Source: Gemmatimonadota bacterium (GTDB taxonomy: Bacteria > Gemmatimonadota > Gemmatimonadetes > Gemmatimonadales > GWC2-71-9). Taken from it: a stretch of DNA of 64,000 nt. Shown here piece by piece: positions 18,470-32,293 of this stretch (the first letter of the stretch is position 1; the number at the start of each line of letters is the position of its first letter). The position numbers were made by a program, and so were the translations under genes. The stretch is taken from positions 2,078 through 66,077 of the forward strand of contig QHUK01000024.1 of the NCBI GenBank assembly GCA_003222085.1, written 5' to 3'. The notes beneath the pieces are model-generated. The model saw nothing but the letters and a program-made list of their open reading frames with translations, was not told the DNA's origin and did no database searches.

Positions 18470-18633
18470 GGCGGTTCGTGGTATGTCATTGCCTCGGGCC
18501 TAGTTGGGCTGGTGGTGATGCAGGGCACAGGTCTCCTGTGAAGACGATAATGGAAAAGGCGGTCGCCGGGTGCAAGGTTAGGGCGCGCAGTTCGGGCAGC
18601 ATTACCCCAGATCACACTCGGGCATCATTAGAC

Positions 18634-21462
18634 GTGAGCACGAGCCGGTTCAAGCTGCTGCGGCAGGACGACGCCGTTCGCGACGAGCAGTTGTCGCGGA
18701 CGGAGGCGCAGCTGCGCGCCACGGCCCGCCAGCAGGAAGCCGTGGCCCACGTCGGCCAGCGCGCGCTGGCCGGCGCCCCGCCCGACGAGCTGATCGCCGG
18801 CGCCGTGGCGATCGTGGCCCGCGTGCTCGAGGTGCCGTTCGCGAGCGTGCTCGAGCTTCGTCCCGAGAGCCGCACGCTGCTGCTGCGTGGCGGTGTCGGT
18901 TGGCGTGACGGCGCCGTCGGGCGCACGGTGTTGACTGCGGATGCGGACTCGCACCCCGGGTATGTGCTTCGCTCGACCGGGCCGGTCGTGGTCGAGGACC
19001 TGGCCACGGATGCCCGATTCGGCAGCGCGCCGCTCTTGGCGGCGCATGGCGTGGTATCGAGCCTCAGCGTGCTGGTGCACGGCAAGGGCCGCCCGTTCGG
19101 AATCCTGGGCGTGCATACCGCGGCGCCCCGCGAGTTCACAATCCACGACACGCACTTCCTCCAAGCGGTGGCGAACGTCCTGGCCACCGCGATCAACCGC
19201 GCCCACTCCGAGGAGGCGTTGCGACGGAGCGAGGAGCACTTCCGATCGCTGATCGAGAACGCGTCGGACATCGTCACGATCGTGGGCGAGAACGGGGTGT
19301 TCCGCTACGCCAGCCCGTCCGTGGAGCGAGTGCTCGGCTACGCGCCGGGGGAGCTGCTCGAGCGCAACGCGTTCGACTACGTCCATCGGGAGGACATTCC
19401 GGTCGTCGCCGAGGCCCTGGCGGGCGCGATCCGCGCCCCCGGAGTGCCCCAGGCGGCGCAGTTCCGGTTCCGGGCGCAGGACGGCTCGTGGCGGGTGCTC
19501 GAAGCGGTGGGCCAGGCGCGCGTGGGCCCCGGGGACGCCGCCCAGCTGATCGTCAACGCCCGCGACGTCACCGAGCGACGGCGCCAGGAGCGCGCGCTGC
19601 GCGAGAACAAGGAGCGGCTGCGGACGGTCATCGCCGGGGCGCCCCTCGTGCTGTTCGCGCTCGATCGCGACGGGGTGTTCACGATGGTCGAGGGGCGGGG
19701 CCTCGACGCCGTCGGCGTGCGGCCCGCCCTCCTCATCGGCCGCTCGGCGTTCGAGTTGTTCGCAGACCTGCCGCAAGCGCTCGCGGATGTGCGGCGCGCC
19801 CTCACGGGGGAGATGTTTTCATCGACCGTCGAGGTCTTCGGCGTCGTGTTCGAAGCGTGGTATTCGCCGGTCCGCGACGCCGAGGGGGCGGTGGCGGGCG
19901 TGATCGGCGTCGGGACCGACATCACCGAGCGGTGCCGCGCGGAGGCCGCGCTGCGTCAGTCGGAGGAGAGCCACCGCGCCCTGGTGCAGCACGCGGCCTA
20001 CGCCATCTACCGGTCTTCCGTCGAGGGGCGGTTCCTCACCGTCAACGCCGCACTGGTGCGGATGCTCGGCTACGAGTCCAAGGAGCAGCTGCTGGCCGTC
20101 GATCTCGGGGCCGACGTGTACGCAGACTCGGAAGAGCGCCGGCGGATTCTCGCGCGCTTCGATTCGGACGATGTCGTCGAGGGGATCGAAGTGCTGTGGA
20201 GGCGCCGGGATGGTGGCGAGATCCTGGTGCGGCTCTCCGGCCGTGCGGTGCGACGGCCCGACGGCGCCATCGACTGCTTCGAAACGATCGCAGAGGATGT
20301 GACGGAGCGGCGCGCGCTGGAGGAGCAGCTGCGGCAGTCTCAGAAGATGGAGGCGATCGGCCAGCTCACCGGTGGCATCGCGCACGATTTCAACAACCTG
20401 CTCACCATCATCCTCGCGAACGCCCAGCTCGTCGCGAAGGTGCTGCCGTCCGGCCAGGCGGATGCCCACGCCGACCTGCGCGACGTGATGTCGGCGGCCC
20501 TGCGGGGCCGCGTGATGGTGAAGGAGCTGCTCGGCTTCGCGCGCCGTTCCAGACTCGATCTCCAACCGGTCAACTTGGGCGGGCTGATCTCCGATCTGTC
20601 CGGCTTCTTGCGGCGCATTCTGCCTGCCGACGTCGAGATCGTGATGTCGGGGGGAGACGAGTTCCCCGAAGTGCGCGCCGATGTCCTTGCCGCGGAGCAG
20701 ATTCTCTTCAATCTCGCGACCAACGCGCGGGATGCGATGCCGGACGGCGGCGTGTTGCGGATCGAGACCAGCCACGCGCACCTCACCGAGGATCAACGTC
20801 TCGTGTGTGGCGCGGTCCGGGCTGGCGAGCACGTGTGCCTCGCCGTCGGCGACACCGGGATCGGGATGGACGAGGAGACGCAGGCGCGCATCTTCGAACC
20901 GTTTTTCACGACCAAGCCGCCCGGGAAGGGAACGGGGCTGGGGCTGGCCACGGTGTACGGCCTGGTGAAGCAGCACGGCGGCGGTATCGAGGTGGACAGC
21001 GAGCCGGGGAAGGGTACGCGATTCCGGATTTACTTCCCCATCGCCGACGGGGTGGCCGTGGCGGTGCGCCCCCGCGCCGGTGTGGCCGAGGTTCGCGGCG
21101 GCCGCGAAACGGTGCTGGTCGTGGAGGACGACGACCAGCTGCGCCGCTCCGCCAAGCGCATCCTCGAAGCGGCGGGATACCAGATCGTCACCGCAGCGGA
21201 TGGCCTCGAGGCACTCGAGGCCCTGCGCCAAGCGACGGGCGTGCAGCTCGTGTTCTCAGATCTCGTCATGCCGCGCCTGGGAGGGCACGCGCTGTACGAC
21301 GCCGCGCGTCGAGCGGGTCACACCACGCCGTTCCTGTTCGCCAGCGGCTACTCGGACCCCGAGCGCGCCGCGAGTCTCGATCCGTCGGCTCCGCTCCTTC
21401 ACAAGCCGTGGACGGAGTCGGACTTGCTGACTCGGATCAGGGAGATCCTGGACCGGCAATAG
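18634..21462 (+). CDS. Hybrid histidine kinase GAF-PAS-PAS-PAS-HK-REC
   Basis: [36 protein letters not shown]; receiver VEDD...SDLVMP. Confidence 0.93.
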   Translation: MSTSRFKLLRQDDAVRDEQLSRTEAQLRATARQQEAVAHVGQRALAGAPPDELIAGAVAIVARVLEVPFASVLELRPESRTLLLRGGVGWRDGAVGRTVLTADADSHPGYVLRSTGPVVVEDLATDARFGSAPLLAAHGVVSSLSVLVHGKGRPFGILGVHTAAPREFTIHDTHFLQAVANVLATAINRAHSEEALRRSEEHFRSLIENASDIVTIVGENGVFRYASPSVERVLGYAPGELLERNAFDYVHREDIPVVAEALAGAIRAPGVPQAAQFRFRAQDGSWRVLEAVGQARVGPGDAAQLIVNARDVTERRRQERALRENKERLRTVIAGAPLVLFALDRDGVFTMVEGRGLDAVGVRPALLIGRSAFELFADLPQALADVRRALTGEMFSSTVEVFGVVFEAWYSPVRDAEGAVAGVIGVGTDITERCRAEAALRQSEESHRALVQHAAYAIYRSSVEGRFLTVNAALVRMLGYESKEQLLAVDLGADVYADSEERRRILARFDSDDVVEGIEVLWRRRDGGEILVRLSGRAVRRPDGAIDCFETIAEDVTERRALEEQLRQSQKMEAIGQLTGGIAHDFNNLLTIILANAQLVAKVLPSGQADAHADLRDVMSAALRGRVMVKELLGFARRSRLDLQPVNLGGLISDLSGFLRRILPADVEIVMSGGDEFPEVRADVLAAEQILFNLATNARDAMPDGGVLRIETSHAHLTEDQRLVCGAVRAGEHVCLAVGDTGIGMDEETQARIFEPFFTTKPPGKGTGLGLATVYGLVKQHGGGIEVDSEPGKGTRFRIYFPIADGVAVAVRPRAGVAEVRGGRETVLVVEDDDQLRRSAKRILEAAGYQIVTAADGLEALEALRQATGVQLVFSDLVMPRLGGHALYDAARRAGHTTPFLFASGYSDPERAASLDPSAPLLHKPWTESDLLTRIREILDRQ

Positions 21463-21474
21463 CCGTGGCCCGCC

Positions 21475-24237
<2,763 letters not shown>

Positions 24238-24331
24238 TCTCAGGGGCACCAATACTCACCCGGCGGCCACCTGGGAGCAACTCCCCGGTGCGGGACGTGA
24301 CGCGCGTCACCCCCGCTGGCCGCCCCCGGTC

Positions 24332-24472
24332 TCAGGCGACGGGTCGCCGGGGCGAGAGCACGTCCCGCTCCTTGCGCGACGAGGTGAGGATGACGACCGG
24401 CAACAGGCGGGTGCGTTCGTCCGCGCGGATGCGGGTCGGCTGGCGGGGGCCGCCGGCCGGGGCCGCGCTCAC
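24332..24472 (-). pseudogene. Internal fragment of an Rcp1-type receiver
   Basis: RIRADERTRLLPVVILTSSRKERD matches RLKSDERTRPLPVVVLTSSKEEPD of 26774-27217; GTGA-coupled to the upstream kinase. Confidence 0.7.
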
Positions 24473-26769
24473 CGGTCGAGCACCTCCCGCACCCTCCGGA
24501 CGATAGCATCCGGCGTGAACGGCTTCTGCACGTAGGCGGAGCCGGGCTCGAGCACGCCGTGCCGTGTGACGGCCTCGTCGGTGTAGCCCGACATGAAGAT
24601 CACCCGGGCGTCGGGGCGCAGGTCCGCCAGCCTGCTGGCGAGTTGGCGTCCGTTGAGGCCAGGCATGACGACGTCCGTGAGAAGGAGGTGGATGGCGCCC
24701 GAGTACCGGGCGGCGAGGTCCAGCGCGGCTTCCGCGCTGGGGGCTTCGAGCACGGTATAGCCGTGGCGTTCGAGCACCTGACGGGCGACGCTCCGCACCG
24801 GCGCCTCGTCCTCGACCACCAGGACCGTCTCCGTTCCGCGCGGGGGGCGCGCCGGCAGTTGCGCGGGCTCGGACGCGCGCTCGGCCAGCTCCTCGACGCG
24901 CGGCAGGTAGAGCTTGAAGGTGGTGCCTTGGCCGACCTCGCTGTACACCCAGATGAATCCACCGCTCTGCTTGATGATGCCGTACACGGTGGCGAGCCCC
25001 AACCCCGTGCCCTTGCCTTTCTCCTTGGTCGTGAAGAACGGCTCGAACATGTGGGCCTGGGTTTCTTCGCTCATCCCAATGCCGGTGTCCGAGACCGCGA
25101 GCATCACAAACGGTCCCGCGCGCGCGGGGTAGTGGTCGGCGGCGTACGCGTCGTCCAGATCCACGTTGGCCGTCTCCAGGGTGAGCTTGCCCCCGTTCGG
25201 CATCGCGTCGCGGGCGTTCACGGCCAGGTTCATGATTACTTGCTCGAGCTGGCCGGGATCGGCCTTGACCCGCCCCGTGGTGGGTGCGAGCCGCGTGCTG
25301 AGCGCGACGTCTTCGCCCAGGAGGCGGCGCAGCATCTTCTCCAGGTCGCTGACCAGCGTGTTGACCTCGAGCACGGTCGGCTGCAGGACCTGCTGGCGGC
25401 TGAACGCCAGCAGCTGGCGGGTCAGCCCGGCGGCGCGATCGGCGGCCTTGTGGATCTCATCGGCGTCCTGACGACGGGGATCGGTGGCGCCGAGGTCCTC
25501 GAGCAGGAGATCCGCGTAGCCGGTGATGGCCGTGAGGATGTTGTTGAAGTCGTGGGCAATGCCGCCCGCCAGGCGGCCGACCGCTTCCATCTTCTGGGCC
25601 TGGCGCAGCTGCTGCTCGAGCTGGACGCGCTCCGTGACGTCGCGCCCGATGCCCAGGATGCCGACGAGCCGGCCCTCGTAGAGCTGAGGAGTCGCGGAAA
25701 ACTCTCCGACGCGGAAGTCGCCTTTGGCGGTGCGGACGCGGAACTGGCTGGCGGGGCGGAGCTCGCCGCGCACCACCCGCCCGAGCAGCTCGAGCGCGAG
25801 CGGCAGATCCTCCGGGTGCACCAGTCCCTCGAACGGCTGCCCCACCCATTGCTCGCGCCGCCAGCCGGTGATCGTCGCGAACGCGGGGTTGAGGGAGGCG
25901 ATCGTGCCTTCGGGAGAGAGCGCGAAGATGATGTCCCGCACCCCCTCGACCAGCGTGCGGTACCGTTCCTCGGACTCCCGCAGCGCCGCTTCGGCGGTGC
26001 GGCGCTCCGTGACGTCGCGGAAGTTCAGCACGATGGCGCCCACCGCAGGCTCGGCGAGGCGGTCGACCGCGACCGCGTCGATATGGCGCCACGAGCCGTC
26101 CTTGTGACACCAACGGAGCTCCAGGCCGGCCGGGGTGCCCGGGCTCGCGATGATGTGGCGCAGGGCGGCATGGACCCGCGGCACGTCGTTGGGATGCACC
26201 CGCTCGAACCCGGGATGACCCACCAGCTCGGCCGGCGCGAAGCCGAGCAGGCGCTCGATCGAGTGGCTGGCGAAGAGGACGGTCCCGTCGGGGGCGACGA
26301 GGGCGACCGCGTCCGCACCGTGCTCGATCAGCGCGCGAAAGCGCTCCTCGCCCTGGCGACGGGCCTCTTCCGCGCGGGCCTGCTCGGTCCGCGCGCGCCG
26401 CAGATCGAGGGCGCGCATCACGGCGGGGCCCACCCGCTCGAGGTGGTGCTTGACGACGTAGTCGGCGGCGCCGGCCTTGATGTACTCCGCCGCGGTTTCT
26501 TCGTCGAGGCTGCCCGTCACGACGATGACGGGCGTGTCCGGCGCCTCGAGGAGCGCGATGCGCAGCGCGTCGGCGGCGCCGAACGTGGGCAAGGAGTGGT
26601 CCGTGAGGATGATGTCGGGGGCGAAGGTCTGGAGCGCCTCCCGGTACGCCGGCTCGGAGTCGACCCGGCGGGTCGCCCCCCTGATGCCGGCCCGGCGCAG
26701 CTCCCGCTCGATCAGCGCGGCGTCGTCGGCGACGTCCTCGACCATCAAGACGCGCACCAGGTCCGGCAT
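24469..26769 (-). CDS. Hybrid histidine kinase REC-PAS-PAS-HK-REC
   Basis: N-terminal VEDVADD...TDHSLP; AHDFNNIL; C-terminal TDVVMP. Confidence 0.93.
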   Translation of the reverse strand: MPDLVRVLMVEDVADDAALIERELRRAGIRGATRRVDSEPAYREALQTFAPDIILTDHSLPTFGAADALRIALLEAPDTPVIVVTGSLDEETAAEYIKAGAADYVVKHHLERVGPAVMRALDLRRARTEQARAEEARRQGEERFRALIEHGADAVALVAPDGTVLFASHSIERLLGFAPAELVGHPGFERVHPNDVPRVHAALRHIIASPGTPAGLELRWCHKDGSWRHIDAVAVDRLAEPAVGAIVLNFRDVTERRTAEAALRESEERYRTLVEGVRDIIFALSPEGTIASLNPAFATITGWRREQWVGQPFEGLVHPEDLPLALELLGRVVRGELRPASQFRVRTAKGDFRVGEFSATPQLYEGRLVGILGIGRDVTERVQLEQQLRQAQKMEAVGRLAGGIAHDFNNILTAITGYADLLLEDLGATDPRRQDADEIHKAADRAAGLTRQLLAFSRQQVLQPTVLEVNTLVSDLEKMLRRLLGEDVALSTRLAPTTGRVKADPGQLEQVIMNLAVNARDAMPNGGKLTLETANVDLDDAYAADHYPARAGPFVMLAVSDTGIGMSEETQAHMFEPFFTTKEKGKGTGLGLATVYGIIKQSGGFIWVYSEVGQGTTFKLYLPRVEELAERASEPAQLPARPPRGTETVLVVEDEAPVRSVARQVLERHGYTVLEAPSAEAALDLAARYSGAIHLLLTDVVMPGLNGRQLASRLADLRPDARVIFMSGYTDEAVTRHGVLEPGSAYVQKPFTPDAIVRRVREVLDR

Positions 26770-26773
26770 CGTC

Positions 26774-27217
26774 TCAGCGCGGCTGCTCGTTCAAGAGCAG
26801 CCAGTAGAGCCCCACCTCGGAAACGGCGCGCGCGAAGGCCTCGAAGTCCACGGGTTTGACGATGTAGCTGTTGGCGCCCAGCCGGTACGCTGCGGTGATG
26901 TCGGGCTCTTCCTTGGACGAGGTGAGCACCACGACCGGCAACGGGCGCGTGCGCTCGTCGCTCTTGAGTCGCCGCAGGACCTCCAGCCCGTCCACTTTGG
27001 GGAGCTTCAGGTCGAGCAGAATCACGCGCGGCGCGACCCCGAAATCGCGCAGCGGATGGCCCTGCTCGCCGAAGAAGAATTCCAGCGCCTCGGCCCCGTC
27101 GCGGGCGACGAACACCTGATTCGCGAGATTGCGGGCCTTGAGGGCGCGCAGGGTCAGCTCCACATCGCTCGGGTTGTCCTCGACCAGCAGGATCTCGACT
27201 TCCGAAGGCCCGGTCAT
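26774..27217 (-). CDS. Rcp1-type single-domain response regulator
   Basis: ILLVEDNPSD, LLDLKLPKVDG, LTSS, GANSYIVKPVDF. Confidence 0.93.
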   Translation of the reverse strand: MTGPSEVEILLVEDNPSDVELTLRALKARNLANQVFVARDGAEALEFFFGEQGHPLRDFGVAPRVILLDLKLPKVDGLEVLRRLKSDERTRPLPVVVLTSSKEEPDITAAYRLGANSYIVKPVDFEAFARAVSEVGLYWLLLNEQPR

Positions 27218-27566
27218 CGATCACTCGTCGTGGTAGGTATGGATGGAGGATAACCGTGGCATGCACACGTATCGCGGAATGGCGCTGCCACGCTAGGGTG
27301 TTTTTGCGGCACTGAGGGGCGCTTTTGCGGCATGCTCGACAGGAAGACGGCTTGGGTGAATCACCGTCGAGGTTGGGCGTGCGGTCCCTCCCTCTAGACC
27401 TCCAGCGATTGCACCCAAGCCGCCTCAGCTTGCGCGCGGCGTCGAGGTCCTAGGACCGCGACGTTAGAGTGTCCTGCGCGAACTGCGCCACGATAAGAGA
27501 ATCGGGGATGGCAGGCAAGTGCGTAGCACGCACGCAACACATTAGTGTCGCAGCCACGATGTGGAG

Positions 27567-27836
27567 CTACCGAGGCAGGACTCGAGTGCCGTTCTGAACC
27601 TTGGTCGCAACGAACGCGGCGATGCGCGTCACCGTGCGGAAGCGATCGAGCTCGAGATCTTGCAGCGACAGTTGAATGCCAAACTCCTGCTCCAGTTGAG
27701 CCAGGAATCCTACGAACATGAGCGAGTCCACCAGCCCGGTGTTGATCAGATCCGTGTCGAGCGACGGAACCTGCAGGTGCATCTTCTCAGCGAACAGGGC
27801 GGAGATCTGTTGCGCTAGTGTGTTCGAGTCCGGCAT
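27567..27836 (-). CDS. Acyl/aminoacyl carrier protein
   Basis: DTDLINTGLVDSL (Ppant Ser), LEQEFGI; DltC-like size. Confidence 0.85.
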   Translation of the reverse strand: MPDSNTLAQQISALFAEKMHLQVPSLDTDLINTGLVDSLMFVGFLAQLEQEFGIQLSLQDLELDRFRTVTRIAAFVATKVQNGTRVLPR

Positions 27837-28341
27837 GTGGCACGTCCCGGTGTTCGGTCGCGAGCAGGTCGAAGAGGAGGCGATCGAGCGCACGGCCGTC
27901 GATATAGTGACACTGCCGCTGCCGGCCGATGTAGCGAAAGTGGAGCTGCTCGAGGCAGCGCTGCGCCGGGATGTTTGTCTCGACCGTCCACGCGTTCACG
28001 GCGTGGAGCCCGAGCTCGGTAAACGCCAGCGTGAGCATGTGGTGAGCCGCCTCGGTCGTATGCCCGCCGTATCGCTTGTTGCCGAGCACCGCCCAGAGCG
28101 AGGCGGTCTTGAAGTTCCGATCGACGTTGGTCAGGCCCACGACCCCCGCCGGCGCGTCCTCATCCCCGGCCGTGTAGATCCGGAACACATGGATGTCCCG
28201 CTGGCTCATGATCCTGAGCGTGATCGACGTGACGCGCTGGACGCCGTTACCGAAGTCCAGCCATTTGTAATTCTCGGCCTTGCCCAGCCAACCGGCGACG
28301 AGCTCGATCCGTTCGGGGGTGTCCAGCGGCAACAGTTTCAT
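27787..28341 (-). CDS. RimJ/RimL-type GNAT N-acyltransferase
   Basis: LAFTELGLHAV..WTVETN..AQRCLEQLHFRYIGRQR. Confidence 0.85.
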   Translation of the reverse strand: MKLLPLDTPERIELVAGWLGKAENYKWLDFGNGVQRVTSITLRIMSQRDIHVFRIYTAGDEDAPAGVVGLTNVDRNFKTASLWAVLGNKRYGGHTTEAAHHMLTLAFTELGLHAVNAWTVETNIPAQRCLEQLHFRYIGRQRQCHYIDGRALDRLLFDLLATEHRDVPHAGLEHTSATDLRPVR

Positions 28342-28515
28342 GATGGGCGAATGCCTCCAGCGCTCCCTGACGCATGGCCGGTGCCACGCGGCGCGCCCGA
28401 CGGTCCGTCACCGACATGCCGCCGCGGTGGTCCAAACCCCGGCCGGCCGTTGCGTCTGCGCCACGCCTGTGACGTCCAAAGCAGCCCTGGCGTCGCGAGA
28501 GCGCGCCTCCCAATG

Positions 28516-28531
28516 CGGTACACACTTTGCG
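28516..28531 (+). promoter_or_regulatory. Sigma-54 promoter candidate
   Basis: CGGTACACACTTTGCG with correct GG-N10-GC spacing, upstream of GTG 28567. Confidence 0.5.
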
Positions 28532-28566
28532 AACTGATCACCGTGGTCGAAATTCTCAGAGGCTCG

Positions 28567-29817
28567 GTGGCGCCCCCACGTTTCCAGACCTCCCTCCAGC
28601 ACCGGCTGCGCGCCATCCGCGCTCATCCGCTCCTCAACCCGACGGCGCTAGCCGAGGGATGGCGCGAGTGGCTGCGGAGCTATCCGGCCGATCCGACGCA
28701 CGAGCCTCATCTGGTGGCGGCGCTCGAGTGGCTGCTCCGGGCTCAGGACGCGACGCCCGACGGAGGCCTCTCGCGCGGCTACAGCCTCGTACGACATTCG
28801 CATTACGGGCGCCGGGGGTGGCAACCCTGTTATCCCGAGACCACGGGCTACATCATCCCCACGCTGTATGCCGCTGCCCGGCGCCTCGGACGTCCGGAGC
28901 TCGCGGTCCGCGCCGAGCGCGCGGCGCGATGGGAGATCGAGATCCAGCTGCCCACGGGCGCGGTCCGCGGCGGAACGATCGGTGAACCAGAATCACCGGC
29001 CGTGTTCAACACCGGCCAGGTGCTCCTCGGCTGGCTCGCCGCATTCGACGAGACGGGGCAGGGTAGCTTTGCCGATGCGGCCCGCCGCGCCGCCCGCTAC
29101 CTGGTGGCGACGCTCGACCCCGACGGACGTTGGCGCAGCGACAACTCGCGCTTCGCCCGAGCGGACTCGACGCTCTACAACACCCGCACCGCCTGGGCGC
29201 TTGCGGAGGCGGGTGTCCGACTGGATGAACGCAGGTTCAGCGCTGCCGCCGCCCGCAGCCTGCATGCCGCCGCCGACCTCCAGACTGAGAACGGCTGGCT
29301 GCCTTGGTGCTGCTTGACGGATCCCGAGCAGCCGCTGCTACACACGCTCGCATACGCCATCCGGGGATTGCTGGAAGGCGGTCGTGTACTCGGCGAACCG
29401 CGCTTGCTCCATGCGGCCGAGCGTGCAGCGAGGCCCCTGACTGCGAAGGTCCGGACGGACGGCTGGATGCCCGGCCGCTACCGCTCTGACTGGTCTCCCG
29501 CCGTGCGGTGGTCCTGCCTCACGGGCCAGGCCCAGATGGCGAACAACTGGATGCGCCTGGCCGCAATCACGGGCGACGCGACCTGGCTCGAGCCTGTGCC
29601 GGCCGTCCTGCGATTCCTCAAGCACACGCAGAACCGGCGCAGCGGTGAGCTGGGGCTGCGGGGTGGGATCAAGGGCGCCTGGCCGGTGGGCGGCGCCTAC
29701 GGCGCCTACGAGGTCCTGAGCTGGGCGACCAAGTTTTTCGCGGACGCGCTGATGCGGCACGAGGCGATCCAGACCAACGGCCTCAGCGCCGCGTCGCCGG
29801 TTTCTGTCCTGGCCTGA
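28567..29817 (+). CDS. (alpha/alpha)-toroid prenyltransferase/cyclase-like protein of unknown function
   Basis: WLLRAQDATPDGG...YPETTGYIIPTL, VFNTGQ, QW-like repeats, SCLTG; no DXDD. Start uncertain (28513-28567). Confidence 0.8.
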   Translation: MAPPRFQTSLQHRLRAIRAHPLLNPTALAEGWREWLRSYPADPTHEPHLVAALEWLLRAQDATPDGGLSRGYSLVRHSHYGRRGWQPCYPETTGYIIPTLYAAARRLGRPELAVRAERAARWEIEIQLPTGAVRGGTIGEPESPAVFNTGQVLLGWLAAFDETGQGSFADAARRAARYLVATLDPDGRWRSDNSRFARADSTLYNTRTAWALAEAGVRLDERRFSAAAARSLHAAADLQTENGWLPWCCLTDPEQPLLHTLAYAIRGLLEGGRVLGEPRLLHAAERAARPLTAKVRTDGWMPGRYRSDWSPAVRWSCLTGQAQMANNWMRLAAITGDATWLEPVPAVLRFLKHTQNRRSGELGLRGGIKGAWPVGGAYGAYEVLSWATKFFADALMRHEAIQTNGLSAASPVSVLA

Positions 29818-29884
29818 GAAAGCCAACGCGCCGCGACGGTGTGAACCCGCCGCGGCGCGTCGAACGATGGGGTTGCACGCGCGA

Positions 29885-31258
29885 TCACCGCTTCACGATG
29901 TCGCCGCTCGTCGGAATGCCGGAGCGCCCGTATCCCCCTACCGCGATGTACACGCTGAAGAAGTCCACGCCGCTCCCCCCCGACCCGGTCCTCGGGTCGT
30001 CGTCGCACACCTGCACCGTGTAGCTCCTGAGGTCACCCTCGTCGCCCCGGCCCACGGCGTCGAACTCCACCCCGCGCGTCGGATCCTGGCACTTGCTCGG
30101 CGAGGCGTTGCGGTACGCGGTGAACGATGTCGCGGGGTCCGCCACGGGATCCGTGGTCAACGACGCGGGCCTGCCCGATGGGTGGATGTCCCCGTAGTCC
30201 GTGCCGGTGAACCGCCCGGTGAGGTCGGCCCGGACGTCGAAGTCGAAGGTCTGCACGCCGTTCCCGGGCGCAGCAGAACCCCACCCGAGCTGGACGTGGC
30301 CGCTCACTTCCGCTGGCGGCGGCGCGCCGCACGTCACCGCGAACGTCGTCGTGGCCGCCCCACCGGCCGACACCGGCACCGTTTGTGGATTCGCTACGCT
30401 CACCGTGCAGTTCGCGGCCACGCCCGACAACGCGACTGGGTTGGCGCCCGCCGGCGCCGTGAAGGTGACGTTGCCATTCGTCGCGATCGGTTGGCTGTTC
30501 GTGCCGTCGATCGTGACCGTGTAGCCATCGGGATCGAGGTTGTAGCCGGTCGTACTCGTCGTGACCGTCAAGCCGCCGCTGCCCGAACCGATCGGGGCGC
30601 AGCTCAGCGAGAACGTCACTGACGTCATGCCGCCGGCCATCACGGTGCCGCTCTGCGGGTTCGCCCCGCTCACCGTGCAGTTCTGCGCGGCACCGGAGAG
30701 GGCCACCGAGTGATTACCCGTCGCGAGCCCGGTGAACGTCACGCTGCCGTTCGTCGCCACCGGTTGGCCAGAGCCGTCGACCAACACCGTGTAACCGTCG
30801 GCATCGAGGTCCACACCGGTGGTGTTCGTCCCGACGACCAGACTGCCCACCGACGCACACCCCACGTCGAAGTTCGTGGTCGCCGTCTCGGCGGCGCTGA
30901 TGGAGACGTTCCGGGGATTGTCAACCGCGGTGACGCCGTTTACCGTGGCCGTCACCAAGCAGTTCGCGGCAACCATGATGAGCGAGACTTTGTGGTCGCC
31001 CTGCGAGAGCCCGTTGAAATAGGAGACCCCGTTGCTACCGGGTGACTGGCTGTAGGAGTCGTCCACCCAGACCTCATAGCCGTTCGGATCGGGGTCCGAG
31101 CCCGTGGTGGTGTTGACGACGGCGATCGTGCCGCCCCACGGAAGAAGACTGGCTTTTGGCGTCGGACTGGTCGGACTCTGTGGTTCGTTACACGCGGTCG
31201 CGAGCCCGAACATCGCGAACGCCGCAGCCAATCGGCTCAGGGTAACGGCGCGTATCAT
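29885..31258 (-). CDS. Secreted lipoprotein with three Ig-like TTG-x-x-x-D-x-(D/N)GY repeats
   Basis: Lipobox LATAC; repeats TTGSDPDPNGY, TTGVDLDADGY, TTGYNLDPDGY with paired Cys. Confidence 0.85.
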   Translation of the reverse strand: MIRAVTLSRLAAAFAMFGLATACNEPQSPTSPTPKASLLPWGGTIAVVNTTTGSDPDPNGYEVWVDDSYSQSPGSNGVSYFNGLSQGDHKVSLIMVAANCLVTATVNGVTAVDNPRNVSISAAETATTNFDVGCASVGSLVVGTNTTGVDLDADGYTVLVDGSGQPVATNGSVTFTGLATGNHSVALSGAAQNCTVSGANPQSGTVMAGGMTSVTFSLSCAPIGSGSGGLTVTTSTTGYNLDPDGYTVTIDGTNSQPIATNGNVTFTAPAGANPVALSGVAANCTVSVANPQTVPVSAGGAATTTFAVTCGAPPPAEVSGHVQLGWGSAAPGNGVQTFDFDVRADLTGRFTGTDYGDIHPSGRPASLTTDPVADPATSFTAYRNASPSKCQDPTRGVEFDAVGRGDEGDLRSYTVQVCDDDPRTGSGGSGVDFFSVYIAVGGYGRSGIPTSGDIVKR

Positions 31259-31282
31259 GGGTTTCCTCCACTCACGCTCGTG

Positions 31283-32293
31283 CTAGGCACAGATGAGCGC
31301 TTCCTGGGGGCTCGCAGGTGCGTCGACGAACAGGTGCCGATAGCGCTCGACCCTGTCCGTGTACCATTGCGCAATAGAGCCCAATTCGTCCGCCAGGTGC
31401 CGCTGGGCTCGCCAGCCCAAGCTCTGCATTCGCGCACTCGAGATACTGTAGCGGCGATCGTTGAAGAGGCGGTCTTTCACAAACACGATCTCCTCGCTGC
31501 AACTTTTCCCGAAGACGTCGCAGACCATCTCGGCGACCTGGAGGGTCGAGTATTCTTCCTCAGACCCCACGTTATAGACCTCACCCGCGACGCCTTTATC
31601 GATCAAGAGGGCGATTGCAGCGGCAAAGTCCTGAGCGTGTAAGTAGTGGCGTCTATGCGACCCGTTCCCGTGGATCGTCAGCTTGGCGCCGAGGAACAGG
31701 CTCAGGCAGAACTTGGGGATCACCTTCTCCGGATACTGCCGGATCCCGAAGATGTTGTTGGCTCTCACGCGGATGATCGGCTGGCGATAGGACCTCAGGT
31801 AGCCCAGGATGATCATCTCCGCCGCTGCCTTGGACGCCGAGTAAGGGTTGGTGGGATTGAACGGCGCGTCCTCCCCCACCCGGCCGCGCAGCACTTCCCC
31901 ATACACCTCGTCGGTGCTCACGTGGATGACGCGGGGAACCTCGGCGATCCGGCATGCTTCCAGCAGCATGTGCGTGCCCAGCGTGTTCGTGATCGTGAAC
32001 GTCAACGGGTCGCCGAACGAATTGTCGACGAAGCTCTCGGCTGCGAGATGGACGACGAGGTCGGCGTTGCGAACGACGCGGCGGCAGAGGTCGGCGTCGC
32101 AGATGTCCCCCACGACGAGGTGCACTCCCTTACCGTTCCCGTTGCCGGTGACGAGGTGGGAGACGTTATCCATGTCCCCCGCGTACGTCAGCTTGTCCAG
32201 GATCGTGAGCCGCGCCCCGGGGAACACCTCTCGCAAGTGCTCGGCTACGTGGGAGCCGATGAACCCGCAGCCCCCAGTCACCACGATCTTCAT
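31283..32293 (-). CDS. rfbB: dTDP-glucose 4,6-dehydratase
   Basis: VTGGCGFIGS, DKLTYAG, AAESFVDNS, STDEVYG, YSASK. Confidence 0.88.
   Translation of the reverse strand: MKIVVTGGCGFIGSHVAEHLREVFPGARLTILDKLTYAGDMDNVSHLVTGNGNGKGVHLVVGDICDADLCRRVVRNADLVVHLAAESFVDNSFGDPLTFTITNTLGTHMLLEACRIAEVPRVIHVSTDEVYGEVLRGRVGEDAPFNPTNPYSASKAAAEMIILGYLRSYRQPIIRVRANNIFGIRQYPEKVIPKFCLSLFLGAKLTIHGNGSHRRHYLHAQDFAAAIALLIDKGVAGEVYNVGSEEEYSTLQVAEMVCDVFGKSCSEEIVFVKDRLFNDRRYSISSARMQSLGWRAQRHLADELGSIAQWYTDRVERYRHLFVDAPASPQEALICA

Noticed and set aside
28567-29817. Squalene-hopene cyclase
   Set aside because: Too short, no DXDD motif and no hopanoid genes nearby.
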